Part shown: piece after piece, positions 49,245 through 56,888 of the stretch | Layout of the letters: every line of letters starts with the position of its first letter | Numbering within the stretch: the first letter of the stretch is position 1 | Virus record (IMG/VR): IMGVR_UViG_3300009187_000024 | Reading direction: 5' to 3' (one strand) | Source of the DNA: an uncultured virus (IMG/VR IMGVR_UViG_3300009187_000024) | Lineage: Duplodnaviria; Heunggongvirae; Uroviricota; Caudoviricetes | Length of the DNA: 64,000 nucleotides | The notes under the pieces: model-generated | Told to the model about the DNA's origin: nothing | Databases searched by the model: none | Seen by the model: the letters and a program-made list of their open reading frames with translations, nothing else | Position numbers and translations under genes: made by a program

Positions 49245-49274
49245 ATAATAGCCTTTTTTTTAAAAAAATAGCAA
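49245..49274 (-). promoter_or_regulatory. Sigma70 early promoter (leftward)
   Basis: TTGCTA-18 bp-TATTAT. Confidence 0.6.
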
Positions 49275-49293
49275 GCATTTTCTTTTTGAATGG

Positions 49294-49334
49294 AATCAAT
49301 GGCTTACGGAATCGCTTTAGTTAAGTGGTTGAAA
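49294..49334. promoter_or_regulatory. Two oppositely oriented IHF-like sites at the transcription divergence point
   Basis: AATCAATGGCTTA (49294-49306) matches WATCAANNNNTTR; TTTCAACCACTTA on the minus strand (49322-49334) has one mismatch. Confidence 0.45.
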
Positions 49335-49378
49335 TCATTAAAAATAAAAAAAAATATCAAAAAACACGAAAAAAGTGC

Positions 49379-49407
49379 TTGACTTATTTTTAAAAATGGC
49401 GTAAGAT
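49379..49407 (+). promoter_or_regulatory. Sigma70 early promoter (rightward), cassette type B copy 1
   Basis: TTGACT-17 bp-TAAGAT, then GCAATTATGATGATGAA; A-rich UP element upstream. Confidence 0.85.
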
Positions 49408-49413
49408 GCAATT

Positions 49414-49620
49414 ATGATGATGAAAGGAAACGAAATGTATCTCGTGAGCTTTACGAATTTCGCCTACACCAAGGCATTCAATGACATCGACCTCGCGATC
49501 GCTCATATGGAGCGCGCGGGGTTTGAGTCGGTCCTCATGACCTCGGTGGGCGAACGCCTCGGCGAGTTTCGTCCCCTGGGCGGTGGATTTTCTTTCGATC
49601 GGTACCGAAAAATCGCTTGA
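49414..49620 (+). CDS. Hypothetical early protein
   Basis: Follows a promoter and SD; the true start is probably MYLVSF. Confidence 0.65.
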   Translation: MMMKGNEMYLVSFTNFAYTKAFNDIDLAIAHMERAGFESVLMTSVGERLGEFRPLGGGFSFDRYRKIA

Positions 49621-49645
49621 CTTATTTTTAAAAATAGGGTAAGAT
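49617..49645 (+). promoter_or_regulatory. Sigma70 early promoter, cassette type B copy 2
   Basis: TTGACT-17 bp-TAAGAT; near-identical to the 49379 cassette. Confidence 0.85.
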
Positions 49646-49651
49646 GCAATT

Positions 49652-49864
49652 ATGATGATGAAGGAAAAGCCGATGAACGTAAAGATCTATGAGATCGTGA
49701 CCCGTCTTGAAGCTGCCGCCCTGGCAGAGAAAAATGACGCGAAGTCCAACGCTCTGTCGCGGATCGCCGAGCGCGTCGCCGAGGTTGGCACTCCGTACGC
49801 TGGTCACTGGGACGGTCCCATCACTGCGGATGAGATGAAGATCATTCGTCAGTTTATTCGCTAA
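49652..49864 (+). CDS. Hypothetical early protein
   Basis: SD AAGGA and host-like codon usage. Confidence 0.65.
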   Translation: MMMKEKPMNVKIYEIVTRLEAAALAEKNDAKSNALSRIAERVAEVGTPYAGHWDGPITADEMKIIRQFIR

Positions 49865-49877
49865 GAGGAGAGAGAAG

Positions 49878-49952
49878 ATGGAATATACCATTCGCGATAT
49901 CCTGGTTGGTCTGGCTGTGGGTGTTACCCTCGGCTATCTGATCTTCTTCTGA
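49878..49952 (+). CDS. 24-aa membrane micropeptide (MEYTIRDILVGLAVGVTLGYLIFF)
   Basis: Strong SD GAGGAG; fills the gap between ORFs. Confidence 0.55.
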   Translation: MEYTIRDILVGLAVGVTLGYLIFF

Positions 49953-49966
49953 TAGGAGAAATTGAA

Positions 49967-50113
49967 ATGGCTGAACCCACTGGACGCGAAATCACCTACG
50001 CGTACTATATGGAACTGGTGAAAGCATATCAAAATCATACTATCACCGACGACGAACGGTACGATCTAGAGTTGGCGATGGCGAAGTATATGCCCAACGC
50101 GTATTTCCGCTGA
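49967..50113 (+). CDS. 48-aa hypothetical protein
   Basis: SD AGGAG; MAEPTGREITYAYY... Confidence 0.6.
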   Translation: MAEPTGREITYAYYMELVKAYQNHTITDDERYDLELAMAKYMPNAYFR

Positions 50114-50127
50114 TAGGAGAAATTACA

Positions 50128-50406
50128 ATGCGATACATGCTTTTCACTGGCGACAACTATTATCCTTGCGGTGGCGCAGCAGACTTTGCCGGTCGCGCTG
50201 CCACTCTAGTTGATACGATGGAACTGTTGCATCGACGCCGTCATTGGGATTGGTTCAACATCTATGACACCGTAGCCGATATTACGTACGATCGCAACGT
50301 ATTTTATGGAGTGACGTCGAATGAACAACGTCACAATTGGGCTGCGGATAGGGACGAAGAGCTCATTCGTGAGGATATGATCCGCGTTATGAATGCCAGC
50401 GTGTGA
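50128..50406 (+). CDS. Hypothetical protein
   Basis: MRYMLFTGDNYYPCGGAADF, a common phage small-protein motif. Confidence 0.7.
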   Translation: MRYMLFTGDNYYPCGGAADFAGRAATLVDTMELLHRRRHWDWFNIYDTVADITYDRNVFYGVTSNEQRHNWAADRDEELIREDMIRVMNASV

Positions 50407-50418
50407 GGAGATGTTAAC

Positions 50419-50673
50419 ATGACTGCGAATGACTATTACAATCGCATGCGTCGAACATACAAGGATCGTTATGATTTGGAATGGCAACATCAGTATCTTT
50501 GGGGTGCTGAGCAAGACTGGTATCTATGTGAAACAGCCATGAGATCTGGCATTGAGTGCAGGGCATTGTGTGCTTACTCACCATCCGAGATCGAAATGGT
50601 GGCCAATGCCATTGTTATCAAGGAAATGTTACAAAAAACAAATGGGAGTCCGCAGGAACATGAACATTATTGA
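50419..50673 (+). CDS. Hypothetical protein
   Basis: SD GAGGAG. Confidence 0.6.
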   Translation: MTANDYYNRMRRTYKDRYDLEWQHQYLWGAEQDWYLCETAMRSGIECRALCAYSPSEIEMVANAIVIKEMLQKTNGSPQEHEHY

Positions 50674-50887
50674 ACGACTTGACGAACTCGATGATCGGGT
50701 TAGTGACATTGATAGTGTGACAATTCGTGATGCTATGAACTTGATTGAACTCTACGACGATGTTCTTTTGATCATTGCAGGTATTAGTCCGAGCTATCTT
50801 TCGAGTATGTTGATTCAATACGCCAAGACGGCAATTACACAAAGTCGGCTAAACTATAACCGACCCGACGAGGAGAAATCGCAATGA
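50660..50887 (+). CDS. Hypothetical protein
   Basis: MNIIERL start with SD AGGA. Confidence 0.6.
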   Translation: MNIIERLDELDDRVSDIDSVTIRDAMNLIELYDDVLLIIAGISPSYLSSMLIQYAKTAITQSRLNYNRPDEEKSQ

Positions 50888-51102
50888 ACGTAGATAGTTT
50901 GCAAGATCGCGAAGCACTTCGCGCCACGTGTGCAGAAAAGATCCGTCGTATGGAATCCGATTTGGATGAGGTGTACCGTACAATGATTTATATTGGAGCT
51001 TCAAATGGCGTTCTAAACTACATCGCACATGTGCAAGAAAAGCTCGATAAACTGTGCATTAACGTAGAAGGAGCCGACGTTTCGCTCGGATTGGAGGAAT
51101 AA
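50884..51102 (+). CDS. Hypothetical protein
   Basis: ATGA overlap with the previous gene; SD GAGGAG. Confidence 0.6.
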   Translation: MNVDSLQDREALRATCAEKIRRMESDLDEVYRTMIYIGASNGVLNYIAHVQEKLDKLCINVEGADVSLGLEE

Positions 51103-51213
51103 ATGCTCAGTTACATTCTTTGGGGTGTGGTGGTGTTTTTGCTCGCCGCTATTATCTACATGGCTGTATATCTTTGGAATGCCGATCCCGGCGATGAACG
51201 AGAAGGAAGATAA
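51103..51213 (+). CDS. 36-aa single-pass membrane peptide
   Basis: SD GGAGG; MLSYILWGVVVFLLAAIIYMAVYLW... Confidence 0.55.
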   Translation: MLSYILWGVVVFLLAAIIYMAVYLWNADPGDEREGR

Positions 51214-51216
51214 GAA

Positions 51217-51561
51217 ATGGATGTTCTTTCAGCTTACGTAACTCGCATGCGCGAGAAAACAGTAGAAGGCAGCCTGAGCCACGAACAGGTTCCGCCTCTA
51301 GTCTGTCGCGATGGGCTCAAGTTGTCTGTGCAGGCGAGCGCTCGCCACTATTGCGCTCCGAAGAACCACGTCGGTCCCTGGACTTCTATGGAGATAGGGT
51401 TCCCCAGCAAGCCTGTTCCCGAGCTGCGAGAGTGGCGGGAAGATCTGGGCGACGATCAGCCGGACGAAGAATGCGTCTTCGGTTGGGTTCCCGTTGAGAA
51501 GATACTGGAAACCATAGAGAAGCATGGCGGCTGCGTGCAGCTTGAAAGTGTTGCGGGATAA
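51217..51561 (+). CDS. Conserved hypothetical phage protein
   Basis: CRDGLKLSVQAS..HYC.P...EIGFPS...VFGWVP...IEKHGG. Confidence 0.75.
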   Translation: MDVLSAYVTRMREKTVEGSLSHEQVPPLVCRDGLKLSVQASARHYCAPKNHVGPWTSMEIGFPSKPVPELREWREDLGDDQPDEECVFGWVPVEKILETIEKHGGCVQLESVAG

Positions 51562-51812
51562 TGTCTATTACTGATACCGAAACATTCCGTGCTCTCGTCT
51601 CGCAGGGTCCAACTGTTATTATGGTCGAGAAAACCCATATGTTGGCTCTGTTAGACGAGCGTGACGAATTGCGCGATGCTCTGGTTAATATGTTGATGGT
51701 TCTTGATTGCGCTCATCAAGCAAATGGGTTCATTTCGACCGGTCACAACAAAGACACCGAGAATGCTCTGACTCGCGCTAAGAAGATTTTGTTTGAAAAG
51801 ACCCAGGGATAA
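51561..51812 (+). CDS. Hypothetical protein
   Basis: TAATG translational coupling. Confidence 0.55.
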   Translation: MSITDTETFRALVSQGPTVIMVEKTHMLALLDERDELRDALVNMLMVLDCAHQANGFISTGHNKDTENALTRAKKILFEKTQG

Positions 51813-52035
51813 AATGAAGATGAATGGACAAGAGGATAAAATGAGTTTGTTTATTAACGTTGGTGATACGGTCATTGCTTCCTTCAATCATGGAGATCGA
51901 GGTATAGACGACGTGCGGCGCGAGGTTGTGCAAGTCAAGTTTATTGATGGTGAACAAGTTTGCGTCAAGACGCTTGAGGGCGATCTGAAGATTTATAATC
52001 GGAAGAACCTTCGTTTCATCCCTAAGAGCTTCTAG
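51793..52035 (+). CDS. Hypothetical SH3/KOW-like small protein
   Basis: INVGDTV...; the likely start is MSLFIN. Confidence 0.55.
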   Translation: MKRPRDKMKMNGQEDKMSLFINVGDTVIASFNHGDRGIDDVRREVVQVKFIDGEQVCVKTLEGDLKIYNRKNLRFIPKSF

Positions 52036-52044
52036 AGGTGTGAG

Positions 52045-52251
52045 ATGAAGAAGTTTCTGGCTGTCGTTGCTCTGGTTAGTTTATCGGGCTGTGCTGTTTA
52101 TCCCTATGAACCTACCATTGTTCATTCACCATATGTATATTCGGCTCCTCGCCCGTATTACGACGCGCCTGTTTACCGACCTTACTACAGCTATCATTAT
52201 AGCTATCGATACAGCAATCATTATCGTAATAGAAATCGACACTACAGATGA
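52045..52251 (+). CDS. Small lipoprotein, Tyr/Pro-rich
   Basis: Signal peptide II MKKFLAVVALVSLSG|C. Confidence 0.7.
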   Translation: MKKFLAVVALVSLSGCAVYPYEPTIVHSPYVYSAPRPYYDAPVYRPYYSYHYSYRYSNHYRNRNRHYR

Positions 52252-52266
52252 ACAAGGAGATTTGAC

Positions 52267-52485
52267 GTGAATGAGAATGAAGAAGCCGCAAGGAAGGCTG
52301 TTGAAAGTTCCGATCTTGCTCTCTGGCAGGCATACTGCGAGAAGAAAGAAGAATTGGAAGATGCTCAATATCTAATTGAAAGGTTGCAGAACGAGATAGC
52401 GACTCTCAAGCTTGAGTTAGCTACAGGACGAGCTTACGAAACTTGTTGTCTTGACGATTATCAATTCGGTTTGAATCGAAGTTAA
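52267..52485 (+). CDS. Hypothetical coiled-coil protein
   Basis: SD AGGAG, GTG start. Confidence 0.55.
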   Translation: MNENEEAARKAVESSDLALWQAYCEKKEELEDAQYLIERLQNEIATLKLELATGRAYETCCLDDYQFGLNRS

Positions 52486-52489
52486 AACG

Positions 52490-52517
52490 AAAAAGGAGCC
52501 GAAAGGCTCCTTTTTTT
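52490..52517. terminator. Bidirectional rho-independent terminator
   Basis: AAAAAGGAGCC-GAAA-GGCTCCTTTTTTT between convergent operons. Confidence 0.92.
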
Positions 52518-53160
52518 ATGCGAAAATTCTAAGAACTTTTTGAACGTAATCTTCTCGTTCTTTAACGAACACCTGCGTTTCCTCATGATCGACCGCTATG
52601 ATGATAACGATCTGAGGAATCTTCATACCAGTTCTTTCCTCCGCCATCATGCTGTAGCAGGTAGCCTGTAGGAAATAACTTTCAATATGATCTTCCGTCT
52701 TGATCCTTCTAGAAGTCTTGAAGTCAATGATGGAATTGATCCCGCGCCAGCCCGCGAGTAGGTCCGTTCTCCCAGCAGTTTTTAGTTTCTCTGACCAAAG
52801 AGGAACCTCCACGCCGTATATAGTTCCGACGTGTTGATCTAAATGTGGTCTGATACGAGAGAACGTATCAATGTTGGTTGGCATGGCACCTCGCTTCCAA
52901 TTCTTATCATTCATAAGATAAGCTTCAGCGAGAGCATGAATAGCAGTTCCACGAACTGCAGCCTGGTTTGAAATCTTATTGGCTTCTTCTTCACCAACTC
53001 GATTACGCCAAGCTTGCAATCCATCCTTGGAAAGTTTCTCCCCGAGAACAGTTGTTACTGAAGGAAACATTCCTCCTGGAGTGATGTAATGTCTCTTTCC
53101 ATCTACGCTGACCGTTTCTAGGTCAGGTAGGTTTATCGGATTGTGGAAGAATTCTTTCAT
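52516..53160 (-). CDS. PD-(D/E)XK (Cas4-like) exonuclease
   Basis: PSVTTVL, RGTAIH, AGRTD, IIDFKTS, YFLQATCY. Confidence 0.88.
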   Translation of the reverse strand: MKEFFHNPINLPDLETVSVDGKRHYITPGGMFPSVTTVLGEKLSKDGLQAWRNRVGEEEANKISNQAAVRGTAIHALAEAYLMNDKNWKRGAMPTNIDTFSRIRPHLDQHVGTIYGVEVPLWSEKLKTAGRTDLLAGWRGINSIIDFKTSRRIKTEDHIESYFLQATCYSMMAEERTGMKIPQIVIIIAVDHEETQVFVKEREDYVQKVLRIFA

Positions 53161-53720
53161 TACAAAGAAACTTCGCCTACGATCTTTTCATCGAGGTCGG
53201 CTTCATCAAGATCGAGTTGGCGAACTCGATTCTTCCAAGCTTGTAATGCATTCTTTTCAATATTATCATCTTCCCACAACATATCGATCTCAATTCCTGC
53301 CTCCGTCAACATCTTCTTGGATGTCTCGTAGTTGTGAATCGGTATCTTGGTCGATTGGCTGATTGGTCTTGTTACAACCCTAACGATACCCGATTGAATC
53401 AACGCTCTGGCGCAATCGGAGCAGGGGAACATAGTTGTATACGCAATACAGTTATCCGTCCGTGCTCCGTTCCTAGCAGCGTTGTAGATAGCATTACGCT
53501 CGGCGTGTTCGGTCCAGAGGTACTTCTCTGGTCGTTCATGCCGCTCTTCAACGTCATCGTCAACATATCTACAAAAACCATTGTAGCCTGTTGATCTGAC
53601 GTCTTGATTATCTGAACCAACAATCACACAACCAACCTTGGTCGATCGGTCTTTCGACTTAGATGCAACCAACTCAGCCATTTTCATAAAGTAGTAGTCC
53701 CAATGCATTGTCATTATCAT
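53160..53720 (-). CDS. cd: dCMP deaminase
   Basis: SKDRSTKVG, TGYNG, HAERNA, PCSDC. Confidence 0.92.
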   Translation of the reverse strand: MIMTMHWDYYFMKMAELVASKSKDRSTKVGCVIVGSDNQDVRSTGYNGFCRYVDDDVEERHERPEKYLWTEHAERNAIYNAARNGARTDNCIAYTTMFPCSDCARALIQSGIVRVVTRPISQSTKIPIHNYETSKKMLTEAGIEIDMLWEDDNIEKNALQAWKNRVRQLDLDEADLDEKIVGEVSL

Positions 53721-53998
53721 ACCTTAATAGGATAAAAGTGTTGATGAATCGCCAAGGAATTATCAATTCCACAGCAAAGGTAACCATACTCGTACGAATT
53801 GGGAGTGCATATCTTTGGATTGATCTCTATATTTTCCATTAGATCTTTGGTTTGTTCATCAACAACCTTCATGCACTCCGCGATGATCAATTCAGCAAAC
53901 TTTCTTTCCCACATAGTTCCAGCTATTTCCCTTGGCTGCGTTTTACAATATTCTGCAGCCTGAACAGCAAGTTCTTCAATTCGATCTTTGCTCATCAA
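53717..53998 (-). CDS. Hypothetical protein
   Basis: KFAELIIAEC motif, common in phage small proteins. Confidence 0.65.
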   Translation of the reverse strand: MMSKDRIEELAVQAAEYCKTQPREIAGTMWERKFAELIIAECMKVVDEQTKDLMENIEINPKICTPNSYEYGYLCCGIDNSLAIHQHFYPIKV

Positions 53999-54267
53999 CC
54001 ATGGATCCTATTCATATGACCTGCTTTCTGGATTGCTTGCTCTTTTGTGTAACCGTCCACAAGATAAGATTTGTATAACCAATCAAATCGCATAGGTGCT
54101 AATTCATAAATTGAAAGACTTGGTTCTACTACACCAACACAACGAAAACAAAGATCCTTGTGATCAGAACAGAACCCCACTTCTTCCAGAACCTTCCAAC
54201 AACGCTCACATTTGGTTCCTATTGCTCGTGTTATTGTTACGCCAACAGTCATATTGTCACTCATCAT
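53995..54267 (-). CDS. Stand-alone zf-FPG/IleRS-type zinc finger protein
   Basis: VGVTITRAIGTKCERCWKVLEEVG...HKDLCFRCVGVV resembles the C-terminal Zn domain of type 1 IleRS. Confidence 0.7.
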   Translation of the reverse strand: MMSDNMTVGVTITRAIGTKCERCWKVLEEVGFCSDHKDLCFRCVGVVEPSLSIYELAPMRFDWLYKSYLVDGYTKEQAIQKAGHMNRIHG

Positions 54268-54445
54268 CCAATGTCCCAAGATATTTCACAACAGGTTGTT
54301 TTTGACTTTTTGCCCAAGCTTCGGCTTCTTCTACAGTGCAGAAAGTATTATATCTCAATTCTATCCAAAATGGCCACCACCAGCGCCAAATTTGAACTTC
54401 ATATCCTCTAAAGTTATCTGCAACAATACGATAACGATTTTTCAT
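54257..54445 (-). CDS. Hypothetical protein (Trp-rich)
   Basis: MKNRYRIV...YEVQIWRWWWPFW. Confidence 0.6.
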   Translation of the reverse strand: MKNRYRIVADNFRGYEVQIWRWWWPFWIELRYNTFCTVEEAEAWAKSQKQPVVKYLGTLDDE

Positions 54446-54690
54446 TTGTCTACACTCTCCCATGCCCAATTCACAATCACCCAATCATCAATACAATCAT
54501 CTTTACAATAGCCAGCATCTACAGCTTCTTTGCCAAACTTAGACACCATTGCGTTATACCAACGATCATAGTATTCAGCGAGAATCTCTTCCTCGGAGAC
54601 GACCTCAACGTATGAATCGACGGACGGATCAGTCTTCCAAGTGTTGTAACAATAATATCTCACAGCAACTTCGCTTTCATCAAGCCCCAC
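54442..54690 (-). CDS. Hypothetical protein
   Basis: SEEEILAEYY..W...CIDDWVIVNWAWE. Confidence 0.65.
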   Translation of the reverse strand: MGLDESEVAVRYYCYNTWKTDPSVDSYVEVVSEEEILAEYYDRWYNAMVSKFGKEAVDAGYCKDDCIDDWVIVNWAWESVDK

Positions 54691-54893
54691 TCAATCATTT
54701 CCATCGCGATTTGTTTGTTTTTGTGTTGAGAACGTTCTTCGCCATACTGAGCCATGATGCCTGTAGGCTCGTGCGTGACTCTAATCGAAGACGCTGGAAT
54801 ACCAGCTTGCTGACCGCCAGGATATTGTGAAGCACCAGTCTGTTCGTATATGACTTCCACTTTACAATCAGCCTGCCAGTTCGTCACCATCAA
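54660..54893 (-). CDS. Stand-alone peptide chain release factor (RF-1 family) GGQ domain
   Basis: PGGQ...SSIRVTHEPTGI...ERSQHKNK..AM matches domain 3 of RF1/RF2. Confidence 0.8.
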   Translation of the reverse strand: MMVTNWQADCKVEVIYEQTGASQYPGGQQAGIPASSIRVTHEPTGIMAQYGEERSQHKNKQIAMEMIEWGLMKAKLL

Positions 54894-55072
54894 TCGTCAT
54901 ATCCATACGACGAAGGCAATCGTAAGTCCAACTCGTCGCACTTGTCCCGAAGACGCGCGATTTCTCTTGCGGCTTCTACAAGTACCGCATAGACTTCCGC
55001 ATCGGAATCATCTCTTGCTCGAGCCGACACTGTAATCCGAGCGTCTTCGATTCGATCAATAATATCAATCAT
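54890..55072 (-). CDS. Hypothetical protein
   Basis: DIIDRI...EAAREIARLR. Confidence 0.6.
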   Translation of the reverse strand: MIDIIDRIEDARITVSARARDDSDAEVYAVLVEAAREIARLRDKCDELDLRLPSSYGYDD

Positions 55073-55086
55073 AACAAACCTTTCAA

Positions 55087-55851
55087 TTATAAAGCGGAGA
55101 CTAGACCTTTTTCTTCAAGCTTCTCGCGCGCGATGATATAGGATTTCACTAGGTCAGAACGAACGATGTCTTCCCTCGTAAACTCTATTATACTAAAGTC
55201 TCGCATTTCGTCAAGCACTTTGAAGAAATCTTTGAAACCAGATTCTTCTCTTTTTCCGCTGAAGTCATTCTGCTTGATGTCACCAGCAAAAACCACTCTA
55301 CAGTTCTTACCGATTCTTGTGAAGACAGAATGCAGCTCGTTAGCTGTCATGTTTTGAAACTCATCAACGATGATAATACAATCACTGAGCGTGATACCAC
55401 GAACGAAAGAAGTCGTCATGAATTCAACAACGTTTTTGTTTTTGAGATATTCGTATGAATCACCTCTACCGAAAAGTTCCGAAAATATTGCGTAGTAGGG
55501 TGCCTCGTAGACTTTGGACTTTTCTTTATTTGAGCCAGGTAGAAAGCCCATGTCTCTAGTAGGAACAACACTACGGATGATTATCATCTTTTCATGCGTT
55601 TTACGTTCCATTATGTCCTGCATACCAAGATAGATTGATAAAAACGACTTACCAGTGCCAGCTGTCCCGATTAGCGCGAGATGTTTATTGTCATCATAAT
55701 AATCAAATGTGCGTCGTTGGTTATCTGTTAGAGGGCTGATTTTGCGAAGATTGAAGTTTAACTTCTCTTTCACAACCTCCGAATTTTGATCTTTTGTTCT
55801 TTTTTCTTTTCTTGACAAACGCTTTTTAGTTTGATTGTTTGATACTGGCAT
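55087..55851 (-). CDS. phoH: PhoH-like ATPase
   Basis: GTAGTGKS, MGFLPG, SFVRGIT, IVDEFQN, GDIKQND, DIVRS. Confidence 0.93.
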   Translation of the reverse strand: MPVSNNQTKKRLSRKEKRTKDQNSEVVKEKLNFNLRKISPLTDNQRRTFDYYDDNKHLALIGTAGTGKSFLSIYLGMQDIMERKTHEKMIIIRSVVPTRDMGFLPGSNKEKSKVYEAPYYAIFSELFGRGDSYEYLKNKNVVEFMTTSFVRGITLSDCIIIVDEFQNMTANELHSVFTRIGKNCRVVFAGDIKQNDFSGKREESGFKDFFKVLDEMRDFSIIEFTREDIVRSDLVKSYIIAREKLEEKGLVSAL

Positions 55852-55859
55852 TTATTCTC

Positions 55860-56108
55860 TCAAAAAGTGTTGACTGTGCTCCTCGTTAGACCACGACTGT
55901 GCGCTTTACGGATTTCTTTGAGGCGGTCCCGAAACCCGTTATCAGGTTTACGAAGTCCAAGGCGAATTGAGTCACCGAGGGCAGGAGCAGAAGTCAGTTG
56001 TTGCTGAATTTGTGGATTCTCTTTAAGAAATTCTTCCCTCTCGCTGATGGACATAATGTCAGTCCATTCTTCGCCAGTATTTAGGTTTTTAAAAGTGTAG
56101 CTAGGCAA
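55860..56108 (-). CDS. Conserved T4-like hypothetical protein (FmdB-like N-terminus)
   Basis: PSYTFKN..TGE...EFLKENP...KPDNGFRD. Confidence 0.65.
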   Translation of the reverse strand: MPSYTFKNLNTGEEWTDIMSISEREEFLKENPQIQQQLTSAPALGDSIRLGLRKPDNGFRDRLKEIRKAHSRGLTRSTVNTF

Positions 56109-56298
56109 TGATGTTTTCCTTGTACTTTTTGCGTAGTAGTTCGCGATCTTCTTGTAGCATATTAATCAATACGCCCATCGCGTTGTATTCGGTTTGATAT
56201 TCGCCAGCTTTACGAAGCAAAAGAAGAGCTACGTAGAACTCACCAACTGCCTTTTCGAGCATCTCTTCAATTTCTTCGATAGTCTTCGTATTCGTCAT
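56101..56298 (-). CDS. Hypothetical protein
   Basis: Fills an operon gap. Confidence 0.5.
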   Translation of the reverse strand: MTNTKTIEEIEEMLEKAVGEFYVALLLLRKAGEYQTEYNAMGVLINMLQEDRELLRKKYKENIIA

Positions 56299-56458
56299 CG
56301 TCCATTCCCATAATCTGATCAACATTCTTAGATCGAATAAGATTCTTCAACCGTTTTTCTTTGCGTTTCTGCTTGGTGTCCTGGTAGCTGTAACTGTCTT
56401 CATCGTCATCGTACCAGTCGCGGCGGCTACTGAAATTCTTATTCTTAGACTTACTCAT
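56267..56458 (-). CDS. Small charged hypothetical protein
   Basis: MSKSKNKN start with SD GGAGG. Confidence 0.6.
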   Translation of the reverse strand: MSKSKNKNFSSRRDWYDDDEDSYSYQDTKQKRKEKRLKNLIRSKNVDQIMGMDDDEYEDYRRN

Positions 56459-56477
56459 TGTAGTATGTTGATCCTCC

Positions 56478-56888
56478 TTACAGGATATTAGGAAATGCTT
56501 TGGTGACAACTTCTTTCGTCACGCCAGGATATGGAATATGTTTTTCTTTGACAGCAAGCAATAGCTTTGCGTCCTCAGGATCGAGTGTTTCGAGTAGCTC
56601 AATGAACAATGCTTCACGGCGAAGCTGCTTGAGATTGGGATTACCACCCTCAATGAACAGATACAGCTTACGAGCCTCAGTATATAGCCTGTTCTGTTGA
56701 TCAACAAGATCATTTACCTTGTACGGAGGAGCTCCTTCCGGCAGTAACCAAACGATCTTAGGATCATATGCTCCGCGAAGCATACTCTCTAATGCAACAC
56801 TGTTGTTTTGACGGAGCCAGTCAATACGCTGGTTTTCGTCTGTGATTTCTGATGCTTTCTTTAGGATTTCAGCAACACCTAGTTTCAT
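56478..56888 (-). CDS. Conserved T4-like core hypothetical protein
   Basis: WLLPEGAPPY...RREALFIELLE...DAKLLLAVKEK. Confidence 0.75.
   Translation of the reverse strand: MKLGVAEILKKASEITDENQRIDWLRQNNSVALESMLRGAYDPKIVWLLPEGAPPYKVNDLVDQQNRLYTEARKLYLFIEGGNPNLKQLRREALFIELLETLDPEDAKLLLAVKEKHIPYPGVTKEVVTKAFPNIL

Noticed and set aside
47113..49665. Possible CRISPR array or att sites
   Set aside because: The repeats are promoter/RBS cassettes separated by whole genes; there are no regular spacers, cas operon or integrase.
52516..53160. Cas4 as evidence for a CRISPR system
   Set aside because: Stand-alone Cas4-like exonucleases are common in T4-like phages, and no array is present.
54660..54893. 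Stop-codon reassignment implied by a phage release factor
   Set aside because: Genes end normally in TAA, TGA and TAG under the standard code, no suppressor tRNA is seen, and the protein lacks codon-recognition domains.
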